A stretch of 35,371 nt of DNA from an uncultured Candidatus Saccharibacteria bacterium (GCA_964589195.1 CAZPQT010000002.1:1-35371); one strand, 5' to 3'; positions 1-9,163 are shown, counted from the stretch's first letter. Notes: generated from the sequence alone by a model not told the origin. Numbers and translations: made by a program.

Positions 1-2
1 TT

Positions 3-425
3 ATCGCTGCTGGCATTATTTTTTTAGGAGTTCTTTTTTCTAATATGATTATTTCTTTAGAGAAACAAAAGAAATTAGTTTATGTTTACGGCGCTGGGGC
101 AGCGATTAATTTAATGGCTAATTTTATCTTTATTCCTAAGTATTCCTATTACGGCGCCGCGGGCACAACTCTTTTCACTGAATTAATTGTTACTGCCTTA
201 ATGCTCGTTGTTCTTTATCAGTCCTTGAAGACCCTTCCTTGTTTCAGTTATATATTTAAATATATTTTAGCTGGCTTAGTTATGGCTGGCCTGCTTTATT
301 TCTTAGCTGGCGGGAATTTGTTTATCTTAATTGTTTTGGCTATTTTAGTTTATTTCGGCTTCTTGTGGGTAATCGGCGGTTTTTCAACGCGAGATATATT
401 AGCTTTAATTAGAAAAGATGTCTAG
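3..425 (+). CDS. C-terminal fragment of a polysaccharide/oligosaccharide flippase (MOP/Wzx-like); 5' end lies outside the window
   Basis: The frame is open from nt 3, with no stop before the listed Met at 45. The product is entirely hydrophobic helices (AAINLMANFIFIPKYSYYGAAGTTLFTELIV...), like the C-terminal domain of Wzx-type flippases. It sits in an envelope-glycan gene neighbourhood. Confidence 0.55.
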   Translation: MAAGIIFLGVLFSNMIISLEKQKKLVYVYGAGAAINLMANFIFIPKYSYYGAAGTTLFTELIVTALMLVVLYQSLKTLPCFSYIFKYILAGLVMAGLLYFLAGGNLFILIVLAILVYFGFLWVIGGFSTRDILALIRKDV

Positions 426-442
426 ATTGTGGATAAAAAATT

Positions 443-472
443 TTGGATTATTTTTTTAAAAAAAGGTATAAT
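443..472 (+). promoter_or_regulatory. Candidate sigma70-type promoter for the 497-8063 gene string
   Basis: TTGGAT (443-448), an 18-nt spacer, then TATAAT (467-472). AGGAG at 483-487 lies 9 nt before the ATG at 497. A perfect DnaA-box 9-mer, TGTGGATAA, sits at 428-436 just upstream. Confidence 0.35.
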
Positions 473-496
473 TGGAATGAATAGGAGATAAAATAT

Positions 497-2929
497 ATGA
501 ATCAAGAACTACAAAATTACATTAAACAGGCAAAAGAAGCAGGAATGAATAACGAACAGATTAAACAAGAATTATTAAAGACTGGTTGGGACGAAGAAGT
601 AGTTAATAAATCATTGTCTGAACAAAAAATTCCAGACCAGACCAGTCAAAAATCCTCCCAGGGAATCGGACCTAAGTGGCTATTAATAGTTTTAGGTATT
701 CTAATTATTATTAGTGGAGGTTATTATACTTACTGGAAAATCATTAAACCAAACTCTAATCCTCCAATTGTGATACCGCCAATTATTACACCGCCAGAGG
801 TCTTAGCCCAAAGATTTGCCGCTTATGAGGAAGTGCCGGTTAATATTACTCCTCAAGTGCCAGCTTATACCGTAGCTCCAGATTTAAGTAATATTATCAA
901 CAAAGATGATTTTGAATTTTCTGAAAAAGCCAAAGAGCTTTTAGTCAAGAACGCCTTTGTGGTTGTCCCATCAGGAGCTCAAGAATTTTTTAGTATATAT
1001 AAAGATATAACTATTTATGAAGAAAACCGTTATCATCATACTCCCAGTTTTATTACTACTGATTCAATGCTTCACAATTACCATTTAGCTTTCGACTATT
1101 TATTAAGGGTCTTAGAAAAGGAAAAATTATATCCAGAGCTAATAAATTTAAGTTACGAAATGCTCCAGGCCTCCCAAGCTCAATACGAACAATTAAAAGG
1201 CACCGACTGGGAAAATGCCGCTAAAAGAAATGTTGCTTTCTTTATAGTGGCTGATAAAATTCTCTATCCGGAAGCAGATATTCCTGCTTATGTTAAAGAT
1301 GAAGTAGAACAAGAGTTAGATTTAATTGAAAAGCATGAAAAAATTACTTTTTCACCAGTAATGAATATGGGCGAGGATATTTCTTCTGTGCCAGAACCAC
1401 CTATAGCTACGGAAAAAGGTTTAGAGTTTTTTAAAGAAGATTACTCCCAATATGTTCCTCGAGGTCACTATACTAAAAGCGAAGAATTAAAAAAATATTT
1501 TAAAGCAATGATGTGGTATGGCCGAATGACTTTTCGGCTTAAAAATAAAGATGAAACTCGCTCGGCTGTTTTAGCTACTTTAGCCCTTAAAGAATCAGCT
1601 GACAGATACAATCCTTGGGAGAGAATATATCAACCAACTGTCTTTTTTGTTGGCAAAAGCGATGATATTTCTTTTTACGATTATTATGATCTTCTCAAAG
1701 AAGTTTATAGCACTGAAAACCCTACTTTGTCTTTAATCGCTGATGACAAAGAAAAGCTTAATTCATTTTTAGAAAAAACTAAGGATTTGTCTCCGCCTCA
1801 AATTAATTCTATGCCAATCTTTGCTCCTGGATTTCAGCCGGATAGAGAAAAAGAGATAAAAGGATTCCGTTTTATGGGGCAAAGATTTACTATTGATGCT
1901 TCTGTTTTTCAACGATTAATGTATAGAGAAGTTGGCGATAAAGAGCATACTTGTCAAAGCGATCCAACTGAATGGGCTTTATGCTCGATTTCACGATGCT
2001 TACCTAAGGCATTAGATATCCCAGCGGCTATGGGCTCTGATGAGGCCCTGAATATTTTGGAAAACCAAGGCGAATCCGATTACGCTTGCTATCCAGAGAA
2101 TATGAGCAAAATGAAGGAATATATCAGTTCTTTAGATACGACTATCTGGACACAAAATCTTTATTGGGGCTGGCTTTATTCTCTTTTACCATTAGGTAAA
2201 GAAAAACCAGGCGGGTATCCTACATTTATGAAAAATTTGGCTTGGATTAGAAAAGAATTAAATACCTACTTAGGCAGCTGGACAGAATTAAAGCATGATA
2301 CAATCTTATACACCAAACAACCTTATGCAGAATTCGGCGGCGGTAGTGATCAAGAAGAAGAAGAGGTTGATGACCGCGGCTATGTTGAGCCTAACCCTTA
2401 TATCTACGCCCGTTTAGCCTCCTTATTGAAAATAACCAAAGAAGGACTACAAATAAGAACATTGCTTTCTGAAGCAAATGAAGACTTCCTCAACAAATTA
2501 GAAACTTTGGCGCTGTCTCTAAAAACCATTTCTGAAAAAGAATTAAATAATATCCTGCCTACTGATGAAGAATTTGATTTAATTAGAACTTATGGTGGTT
2601 CTTTAGAGCATATTTGGTTAGAGGCATATAAAGATAGGGGAATTGGTAAAATATATCAATTAGATGAAGAACCAGCCCCGATTGTCGCAGATGTGGCTAC
2701 TGATCCTAATGGCGTTTGCCTTGAGGAGGCAACTGGCAATATTTTTGAAATTTATGCAGTTGTTCCAGTAGAAGGAATATTAAGAATTGCCAAAGGCGGT
2801 GTTTATTCTCATTATGAGTTTAAACAACCTATAGACAATCGTTTAACTGACGAGGCCTGGCGAGAAATGTTAAAGAAGGGCGAAGCCCCGGATTTAGCTG
2901 AATGGACTAATATATTTATTGCTCAATAA
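497..2929 (+). CDS. Membrane-anchored DUF3160-like protein
   Basis: 810-aa ORF with an AGGAG RBS. It has an N-terminal soluble helical module (MNQELQNYIKQAKEAGMNNEQIKQELLKTGWDEEVV), one TM helix (WLLIVLGILIIISGGYYTYW) and a Pro-rich linker. A large domain follows with YVPRGHYT and WTELKHDTILY motifs, which I associate from memory with DUF3160. This needs HMM confirmation. Confidence 0.6.
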   Translation: MNQELQNYIKQAKEAGMNNEQIKQELLKTGWDEEVVNKSLSEQKIPDQTSQKSSQGIGPKWLLIVLGILIIISGGYYTYWKIIKPNSNPPIVIPPIITPPEVLAQRFAAYEEVPVNITPQVPAYTVAPDLSNIINKDDFEFSEKAKELLVKNAFVVVPSGAQEFFSIYKDITIYEENRYHHTPSFITTDSMLHNYHLAFDYLLRVLEKEKLYPELINLSYEMLQASQAQYEQLKGTDWENAAKRNVAFFIVADKILYPEADIPAYVKDEVEQELDLIEKHEKITFSPVMNMGEDISSVPEPPIATEKGLEFFKEDYSQYVPRGHYTKSEELKKYFKAMMWYGRMTFRLKNKDETRSAVLATLALKESADRYNPWERIYQPTVFFVGKSDDISFYDYYDLLKEVYSTENPTLSLIADDKEKLNSFLEKTKDLSPPQINSMPIFAPGFQPDREKEIKGFRFMGQRFTIDASVFQRLMYREVGDKEHTCQSDPTEWALCSISRCLPKALDIPAAMGSDEALNILENQGESDYACYPENMSKMKEYISSLDTTIWTQNLYWGWLYSLLPLGKEKPGGYPTFMKNLAWIRKELNTYLGSWTELKHDTILYTKQPYAEFGGGSDQEEEEVDDRGYVEPNPYIYARLASLLKITKEGLQIRTLLSEANEDFLNKLETLALSLKTISEKELNNILPTDEEFDLIRTYGGSLEHIWLEAYKDRGIGKIYQLDEEPAPIVADVATDPNGVCLEEATGNIFEIYAVVPVEGILRIAKGGVYSHYEFKQPIDNRLTDEAWREMLKKGEAPDLAEWTNIFIAQ

Positions 2930-2935
2930 GGATGA

Positions 2936-4678
2936 ATGAACAAAAGTTTAGTTATAAGATTATCTATTTCTCTGGGTGCTGTCTTAGTAATTGTTGTTTT
3001 GTGCATCCTCTTCCAAGCTGGTAAAAGTTTAGTTATTGAATCATCATTAAAGAAACCAGAGGTAGAAAACTCTATTCCCCTGACCTCTGGTTTTTTTATT
3101 GAAGAGGAAAAAGAAGAATCGTTTATAACCTTAATTGCTGTTGGAGATATTATGCTTTCGCGGACAGTAGATCAAAAAATGAAAGAATATCAGGATTATA
3201 AATATCCATTTCTTAAAACTGCTGGATTAATTCAAAAAGCCGATATAGCTTTTGGTAATTTGGAGTGCCCGATTACTCTAGGAAGAATTATTGATATTTT
3301 TGAAATGGTTTTTCGAGCTAATCCAGAAACTGTTGAGGGTCTAAAATATGCTGGTTTTGATATTTTATCTTTAGCTAATAATCATAGCTTTAATTTTGGT
3401 GTCCAGGGGTTAAAAGATACTTTTCGATACTTAAATGAAGCAGGCATTATCTATATAGGAGCTGGCCAAGACAAGCAAGAAGCTCACCGTCCTAAAATAT
3501 TAGGAGTCAAGGGAATTAAAATAGCTTTTTTAGCTTATACGGATAGCATCTTTACGCCAATTTCTTACCAAGCTGGAGAGAATCAAGCAGGAGTGGCTTT
3601 TATGGAAGTTTCTGAAATGGAAAAAGATATTGCCTTAGCTAAATCTCAAGCCGATTTAGTTATAGTTTCCATGCATTCAGGGACTGAATATGCTTCTCAA
3701 CCCGATGATAAACAAGTTTGTTTTGCTCATTCGGCTATTGACGCTGGGGCAGATTTGATTATTGGCCATCATCCTCACGTAATTCAAAAGATAGAAGAAT
3801 ATAAAGGCAAATACATATTCTATAGTTTAGGAAATTTTGTCTTTGACCAAATGTGGTCAGAGGAAACCAGAGAGGGATTAATAGCCAAAATAGTTTTAGA
3901 TAAAGAAAAAATAAAAGAAATTAGCTTTACACCTGTTTTAATAGAAAATTACGCTCAACCTAAAATTTTAGACAGTCAAGAAGCCGAGAATATTTTTCAA
4001 AAATTAGCTATTCCTTGTCAAGTTAAATCTGTTTTTCATTGGGATGGTCAAGATTATCAAGAAAAAACCCAAAAAGGCATTTACTCATTTACTAAGAAAG
4101 CTGGATTTATTCAGCAAGAAGTAGATTTAAATAATGATGGTCAGCTTGAAAAAGTAATTTTAGATCAAGGAAAAGTTCAGGTGATAAAGAATAATGAAAT
4201 AATCTGGCAAAGTGATTCGGCTTGGCAAGTGAAAAATATACTCTTGGCTGATTTAAATCAAGATAGCCAAATTGAAATTAATATGTCGCTTTGGAAAAAG
4301 GGAACCTACGGAAAGGACTTACCTTTCTGGCTTAAAGAAAATACCAAAGAATGGGGAAACCATTTATTTATTTACGGCTGGAGGGATGAGAAGATAAGAC
4401 CAATTTGGTGTTCCTCAACTTTAGACGCGCCAATCAAAGAGATGGCCGTTGGAGATACTAACAATGACAGTGAATTAGATTTAATAGTTTTAGAAGGTAA
4501 TTATGAGAACCCTGAAAATAACTGGGCAGATTATCTAACTATTTGGTCCTGGAATAGTTGGGGATTTTTTAATGACTACCGAAGCAATAAAGGAAAGTAT
4601 TATAATTTAGTTATTAAGGATACAAATAATGATAATGTTTTTGATATCGTCTTGATAAATTCTTATAATGAAAAATAA
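2936..4678 (+). CDS. CapA-family (PGA_cap metallophosphatase-like) protein fused to FG-GAP/VCBS-like repeats
   Basis: CapA-type motifs: IAVGDIMLSR, GNLECPIT, LANNHSFNFG, VSMHSGTEY, GHHPHVIQ. There is an N-terminal TM helix. The C-terminal ~200 aa carry DLNNDGQLEKV, DLNQDSQIEI, GDTNNDSELDLIV and DTNNDNVFDIV loops. Confidence 0.8.
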   Translation: MNKSLVIRLSISLGAVLVIVVLCILFQAGKSLVIESSLKKPEVENSIPLTSGFFIEEEKEESFITLIAVGDIMLSRTVDQKMKEYQDYKYPFLKTAGLIQKADIAFGNLECPITLGRIIDIFEMVFRANPETVEGLKYAGFDILSLANNHSFNFGVQGLKDTFRYLNEAGIIYIGAGQDKQEAHRPKILGVKGIKIAFLAYTDSIFTPISYQAGENQAGVAFMEVSEMEKDIALAKSQADLVIVSMHSGTEYASQPDDKQVCFAHSAIDAGADLIIGHHPHVIQKIEEYKGKYIFYSLGNFVFDQMWSEETREGLIAKIVLDKEKIKEISFTPVLIENYAQPKILDSQEAENIFQKLAIPCQVKSVFHWDGQDYQEKTQKGIYSFTKKAGFIQQEVDLNNDGQLEKVILDQGKVQVIKNNEIIWQSDSAWQVKNILLADLNQDSQIEINMSLWKKGTYGKDLPFWLKENTKEWGNHLFIYGWRDEKIRPIWCSSTLDAPIKEMAVGDTNNDSELDLIVLEGNYENPENNWADYLTIWSWNSWGFFNDYRSNKGKYYNLVIKDTNNDNVFDIVLINSYNEK

Positions 4679-5507
4679 GCTATTTTTGTTTTTAATATTT
4701 ATAGAACTAGGGATTATTGTGGGTGGGCTTTTGATTTATCCTTTGGTCTTTAAGGTGGAGGCGCGGTTGGAATTTAGAACAAGCCCTGAAGTGGGGCGGG
4801 AAATTGTTGTCTTTTTTAATCAGCCAATAATTCAGAGTTCTTTTGAGAAGCGGTTTCGTTTTGAGCCCCGGATCAAAGGTAAGTTTGTTTGGTTGGACTC
4901 TAATCAAGAAGTTCATTTTATTCCTGAAGAAGAATTGCTGAATGATACTACTTATCAACTTAGTTTAACAGGGGTTCGCAGTTTTGCCTTTACTCGCTTG
5001 AGGGAAAAGCCATTTTCTTTTTATAATCCGCCAGACAAGTCCGTTTTAGCGGTGGCTAATCTTAAGCCCCAAAGACTGCCTTTAAGCCAGAAAGCTCTTT
5101 TTAAAAAATCTAACGGAGAATTAGTGGAAATCAATCAGCCGCAAATTTTACAAGGAAAATATATTGATATCGATTTATCTAAAATGATTTTGACTACCTT
5201 TGACAATAGTCAATCAATAGCCACTTATGAAGTAGCCGCAGCTGGTAGTCCTTGGGGCTGGGCTACTCCAATGGGTAATTTTAAGGTTCTTCATAAAGAA
5301 AAGAATCATTTTTCTCGGAAGACCTATGTTTGGATGCCTTGGAGTATCCATTTTTATGGCGATTATTATATTCATGAAATCCCCTATTGGCCTAATGGTC
5401 AAAGATTAACTTCAAAATATTCTGGAGGTTGTATTCGTCTGCCTATTGACTCAGCTGAATTGGTTTACAATTGGGCTGATATAGGTACACTTATATTTAT
5501 TCACTGA
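4668..5507 (+). CDS. L,D-transpeptidase (YkuD domain)
   Basis: C-terminal catalytic signature HEIPYWPNGQRLTSKYSGGCIRLPIDSAELVYNW (His...Ser-x-Gly-Cys-Ile-Arg). N-terminal TM helix. 11-nt overlap with the upstream gene. Confidence 0.85.
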   Translation: MKNKLFLFLIFIELGIIVGGLLIYPLVFKVEARLEFRTSPEVGREIVVFFNQPIIQSSFEKRFRFEPRIKGKFVWLDSNQEVHFIPEEELLNDTTYQLSLTGVRSFAFTRLREKPFSFYNPPDKSVLAVANLKPQRLPLSQKALFKKSNGELVEINQPQILQGKYIDIDLSKMILTTFDNSQSIATYEVAAAGSPWGWATPMGNFKVLHKEKNHFSRKTYVWMPWSIHFYGDYYIHEIPYWPNGQRLTSKYSGGCIRLPIDSAELVYNWADIGTLIFIH

Positions 5508-5511
5508 TAAA

Positions 5512-6840
5512 ATGTTTAAGTGGCTTCTCCTTTTAATCGCTTATCTTCCCTTTCAGATCGCTTTAAATCCACGGCCAGCTTTTGATTTAGCTTCGCTGCG
5601 GGTTTTTATTGTTTTATTGTTTGTTATCTGGTTGGGGAAGGCCCTTACAACGAAAAAATTGATTGGCTGGACTTGTTTTAAAAATCTTCAGAGTATTGGT
5701 TTATTTCTTTTTTTTATTTTGGCTGGTTTTTCTTTAATTGGCGCTGAAAACATTATTTGGGGATTAAGAAAGCTCATTTTTTTCCTGTCAGTTTTCCCTC
5801 TTTATTTTTTAGTTACGGCCTTGATTGATAACTGGCTAAAGATTAAAAAGATTATTTTTGCCTTGACGGGCGGGGCTGGTTTAATTGCTTTGATTGGCTT
5901 GGGGCAATTTATTGCCCCATTTATTTTTGGTCTGGATAAAATCTGTCAGTTTTGGGCCTGGCAGATTGTGCCTGTTTTTTCTGGTTTTAATTTTGGCGCT
6001 TTGATTCTAGCTTATTCCAGCTGGCTGGTTAATGTTGATGGTTATACTATTTTAAGAGCTTTTTCTCTTTTTTCCGACCCTCACATGTTTTCTTTCTATT
6101 TAGGTCTGATTTTGCCTTTAATAGTTGTTTTAATATATGTTTCTGATGCGGTTCGGTCTCGGCAAGTGCCAGACTCTAAAACTGGTTTCCTTTTTATTAT
6201 TTATTGTCTATTGTTTACCGTATTATTATTAACCTTTACTCGCGGCGCTTATTTTGCCATTATTGTTACTTTTTTGGTTTTAGCCGGACTTTTTTGGCGA
6301 TATTTAAAAGCAAAAAAAATAGCCCTGCTTCTTGGTTTATCTCTTTTGGTTTTTATTATCCCAATTACCCCTATTGCCGATAGGTTTTATTCTTCTTTTG
6401 ATATGAGCGACGGTTCCAATGTTGGCCGCTTGGAGATGTGGCAGCAAGCTGGTCTGGCCGGTTTGGAGCGCCCTTGGCAGGGAGTTGGTTTAGGCAACTA
6501 TTCTTTATTAGTTGATGCAAATTTTGGCTATCGTAACCCGATTACGGCTCATAATCTTTATTTAGATATTTTTTCAGAGATAGGTATTTTTGCTTTAATA
6601 GTTTGGTTAGTTTTAATTTTAGGGACGATGGGACAACTGTTTTGGCAGATTAGAATTACCCCGGAGGTTGACCTTAATAAGGGGCAGACCATAATAAGAA
6701 TTGGCTTGATTGGCTCTTTGGTTTATTTTTCAGTCCATAGTTTTTTTGAAACTTCTATTTATCATCCATCCATTTTAGCTCTCTTGATGATTATTCTTGG
6801 TTTGTCGTCTATTGTGGTTAATTTCAAGGACTGTCCTTGA
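5512..6840 (+). CDS. O-antigen ligase-like (Wzy_C) polytopic membrane protein
   Basis: About 10 hydrophobic helices plus a Wzy_C-type region (TFTRGAYFAI ... AHNLYLDIFSEIGIFAL). The last codons and the TGA stop lie inside the 17-nt palindrome at 6824-6840. Confidence 0.8.
   Translation: MFKWLLLLIAYLPFQIALNPRPAFDLASLRVFIVLLFVIWLGKALTTKKLIGWTCFKNLQSIGLFLFFILAGFSLIGAENIIWGLRKLIFFLSVFPLYFLVTALIDNWLKIKKIIFALTGGAGLIALIGLGQFIAPFIFGLDKICQFWAWQIVPVFSGFNFGALILAYSSWLVNVDGYTILRAFSLFSDPHMFSFYLGLILPLIVVLIYVSDAVRSRQVPDSKTGFLFIIYCLLFTVLLLTFTRGAYFAIIVTFLVLAGLFWRYLKAKKIALLLGLSLLVFIIPITPIADRFYSSFDMSDGSNVGRLEMWQQAGLAGLERPWQGVGLGNYSLLVDANFGYRNPITAHNLYLDIFSEIGIFALIVWLVLILGTMGQLFWQIRITPEVDLNKGQTIIRIGLIGSLVYFSVHSFFETSIYHPSILALLMIILGLSSIVVNFKDCP
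6824..6840. repeat. Core palindrome TCAAGGAC-T-GTCCTTGA (GGAC-N-GTCC family)
   Basis: 17-nt palindrome read directly from the sequence. It encodes the final ..KDCP-stop of the upstream ligase-like gene. Its last A is the A of the downstream ATG. Confidence 0.85.
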
Positions 6841-8063
6841 TGTCTATGCTTCAAAAAATTATTCATTTCACTATTTGTTTAATAGTTTTATCTTTGCCTC
6901 TTTATTTGATTCGTTTGAAGATTGGCTGGATGCCGACTAATCTTTTGGAATTGATGGTTGGCGTATTGTTTATTGTTTGGCTGTTGCAAATAACGCGAGG
7001 ACTGTCCTCAAACAGCAGTCCTAAGGACTGCTGTTTGAGGACAGTCCTCGCTCCCGTGTTTTTGATTTTTCTCGGCATTACTATTTCTACCCTCTTTTCA
7101 GTTGATGTGATAACTAGTGCTGGTATTTGGAAGGGCTGGTTTATTATTCCTCTGATTTTCTTTATTGTCATTATCAGTCATCTAAAGAGCAAAGAGCAGG
7201 TCAGAGACATTCTTTTCGCTTTATTTTTATCAGGAACCGGCGTGGCTTTAGTCGCCTTTTTTTATTGGTTGAATGATAATTTAACTTACGATGGTCGCTT
7301 ACGGGCTTTTTATCTTTCGCCTAATCACTTGGCCATGTATTTATCGCCTGTTCTAATTTTGTCTTTTTATTTATATCCTTCTTTTAAAAAAAATATTTCC
7401 AGAATTTTACTGTTTACAGCCGATTGTCTATTATTTACTGTCATTTACTTAACTTACTCTTACGGCGCCTGGTTAGGAATAGGAGGCGCTTTAATTTTTA
7501 TTTTAATCATTTTTTTTAGGAGTCGGACTCCTGAAAACAAAAGGCATTTTTTTTACCTGATGAGTTTTTTTCTTTTGTTGGTTGTTCTCTCCTTCGTCTG
7601 GCAAATCCCCAGTCAAAAATTTCAGGGCTTCCTTGATTTTTCTTATCCTTCCTGGCAATCCCGGCTAATTATCTGGCAAAGCGCCGGGGAAATAATAAAA
7701 GACCACTCCTTAATTGGGATTGGTCCGGGTATGTTTCAAAAATATTATTTGGCTTACCAGGCTAAATCTCCGACTTATTTAGAATGGGCTGTCCCTCAAC
7801 CTCATAACCTTTTTTTGGCTTTCTGGCTGCAAACCGGCCTGCTCGGCTTAATGGGTTTTATCTGGTTGTTGTCTATTTTTTTTAGAAGCGAGGATTCTAA
7901 AAGAAGCCTCGCTTCTAAATTGTTATCGAATATTCTAATGGCCACTATGCTCTATATCCTCATCCACGGCTTAGTTGATACCACCTACTGGAAAAACGAT
8001 TTATCAATTATCTTCTGGCTGCTCATAGCTCTAAACTATACAAATGACCGTCTCTCTTATTAA
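6840..8063 (+). CDS. Second O-antigen ligase-like polytopic membrane protein
   Basis: YSYGAWLGIGGAL ... QPHNLFLAFWLQTGLLGLMGF. The ATG at 6840 overlaps the upstream TGA (ATGA). The ORF track starts at an in-frame TTG at 6837. The gene carries a 57-nt palindromic in-frame insert at 6995-7051. Confidence 0.75.
   Translation: MSMLQKIIHFTICLIVLSLPLYLIRLKIGWMPTNLLELMVGVLFIVWLLQITRGLSSNSSPKDCCLRTVLAPVFLIFLGITISTLFSVDVITSAGIWKGWFIIPLIFFIVIISHLKSKEQVRDILFALFLSGTGVALVAFFYWLNDNLTYDGRLRAFYLSPNHLAMYLSPVLILSFYLYPSFKKNISRILLFTADCLLFTVIYLTYSYGAWLGIGGALIFILIIFFRSRTPENKRHFFYLMSFFLLLVVLSFVWQIPSQKFQGFLDFSYPSWQSRLIIWQSAGEIIKDHSLIGIGPGMFQKYYLAYQAKSPTYLEWAVPQPHNLFLAFWLQTGLLGLMGFIWLLSIFFRSEDSKRSLASKLLSNILMATMLYILIHGLVDTTYWKNDLSIIFWLLIALNYTNDRLSY
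6995..7051. repeat. 57-nt perfect palindrome (28-nt arms, 1-nt centre), GGAC-N-GTCC family, inside a CDS
   Basis: GCGAGGACTGTCCTCAAACAGCAGTCCT-A-AGGACTGCTGTTTGAGGACAGTCCTCGC. The length is 19 codons. It translates as RGLSSNSSPKDCCLRTVLA within the ligase-like protein. Confidence 0.9.
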
Positions 8064-9138
8064 CAAAAAGAAGATAATCCTCTGAGGGAGATAAGAGCAA
8101 TTGTTGAACGTCGTAGGACATTTCTTCTTCGTCAATGGGAATATAAATTTGATTTTTTTCCCCAATATCCAGGTTAATTGCCCAAAAGTCATCAGCCAAG
8201 GAGACGAGACGCTTATAATAATCGTCTGGCAAAGTGGCTAAATTAGAAATAGTTTTAGGAACAGCGCAGAAAATAGTTCGGTTGTCTTGAGACCAAACAC
8301 ATTTTTCCGGCAGAGTGACAAAATCTAATTCTTGAACAGTTGACTTAGCCAGGTCAGCTATTTTTAATTTAAGATTCTTGCCTTGGTTATCTGTTTCGGA
8401 AAAGAGCAACTTGTTTCCCAGCGGCGACCAAAGAACAGTTAAGCCGTATGTTTCACTAATGATTTTTTGGAAATCACCGGTCGCTAAATCAATTGTATAA
8501 ACGACACTTTGGGCTAAACCGCTTGGTTTAGTTCTAATAGATATTTGACTTGAACTAGGCCATTCCACAATTAAGTTTTTCATTCGGGTGGTAAAAATAT
8601 TTGTCCATTGAGAACCATCGGGATTGGCCAGACTGATGTTATTGTCTTCGGTTTGCGAGTTATGGTATTGATAAGCGATTTTGTCTTCGTTTGGTGACCA
8701 GGCAATATACTGGATATGCTGATTTAGTAAAGTTGATTTGCCAGTTTGGTAATCGTAGAGATATTTTTTTACTTCTCCCTTATCATCAAAAATAGCAATA
8801 ACCTTATCTTTATTTGACGACCAGAAAACTCTCAAGAGATTAGATAGAATATTAGGAGATAGGCGAGTTCGCTCTAAACCATCAAAAGTTGACTCAAAAA
8901 CATAGCCATTATTTTTTAAATAGTATTTAACTTTCTGGCCATCAATAATCGGGTCTAAGACCGGCTCTTGAGAAATAGCTTTAATGGGGCCGGTTAGCGA
9001 TGTTGTCGGAGTGGTTGTGGCTGATGGAGTAACCGATGGAGTTATTTCTTCTTTAAGGAAAAAATTATAGACGACCAAAAAACCCACTACAAGGATGAGT
9101 AGGATGATTGAAATGACGAGAATTTTTTTAAGAGACAT
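8023..9138 (-). CDS. Membrane-anchored TolB-like beta-propeller (PD40 repeat) protein; last gene of the T4SS-like string
   Basis: N-terminal TM helix (ILVISIILLILVVGFLVVY) and a Thr/Pro linker. Repeated W-S-P-x-x-[DN]-K motifs follow: VFWSSNKDKVIAIF, IAWSPNEDKIAYQY, VLWSPLGNKLLFSE, CVWSQDNRTIFCA, LLLSPSEDYLLFV. Confidence 0.6.
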   Translation of the reverse strand: MSLKKILVISIILLILVVGFLVVYNFFLKEEITPSVTPSATTTPTTSLTGPIKAISQEPVLDPIIDGQKVKYYLKNNGYVFESTFDGLERTRLSPNILSNLLRVFWSSNKDKVIAIFDDKGEVKKYLYDYQTGKSTLLNQHIQYIAWSPNEDKIAYQYHNSQTEDNNISLANPDGSQWTNIFTTRMKNLIVEWPSSSQISIRTKPSGLAQSVVYTIDLATGDFQKIISETYGLTVLWSPLGNKLLFSETDNQGKNLKLKIADLAKSTVQELDFVTLPEKCVWSQDNRTIFCAVPKTISNLATLPDDYYKRLVSLADDFWAINLDIGEKNQIYIPIDEEEMSYDVQQLLLSPSEDYLLFVNKRDGHLYSLEL

Positions 9139-9163
9139 AGAGTTTTTTATTTATTGATTAAAT

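Noticed and set aside
4707-7171. Antisense ORFs 4707-4958, 5214-5402 and 6902-7171
   Set aside because: They are embedded in the L,D-transpeptidase and ligase-like CDSs. The 6902-7171 ORF partly owes its openness to the palindromic insert, which reads similarly on both strands.
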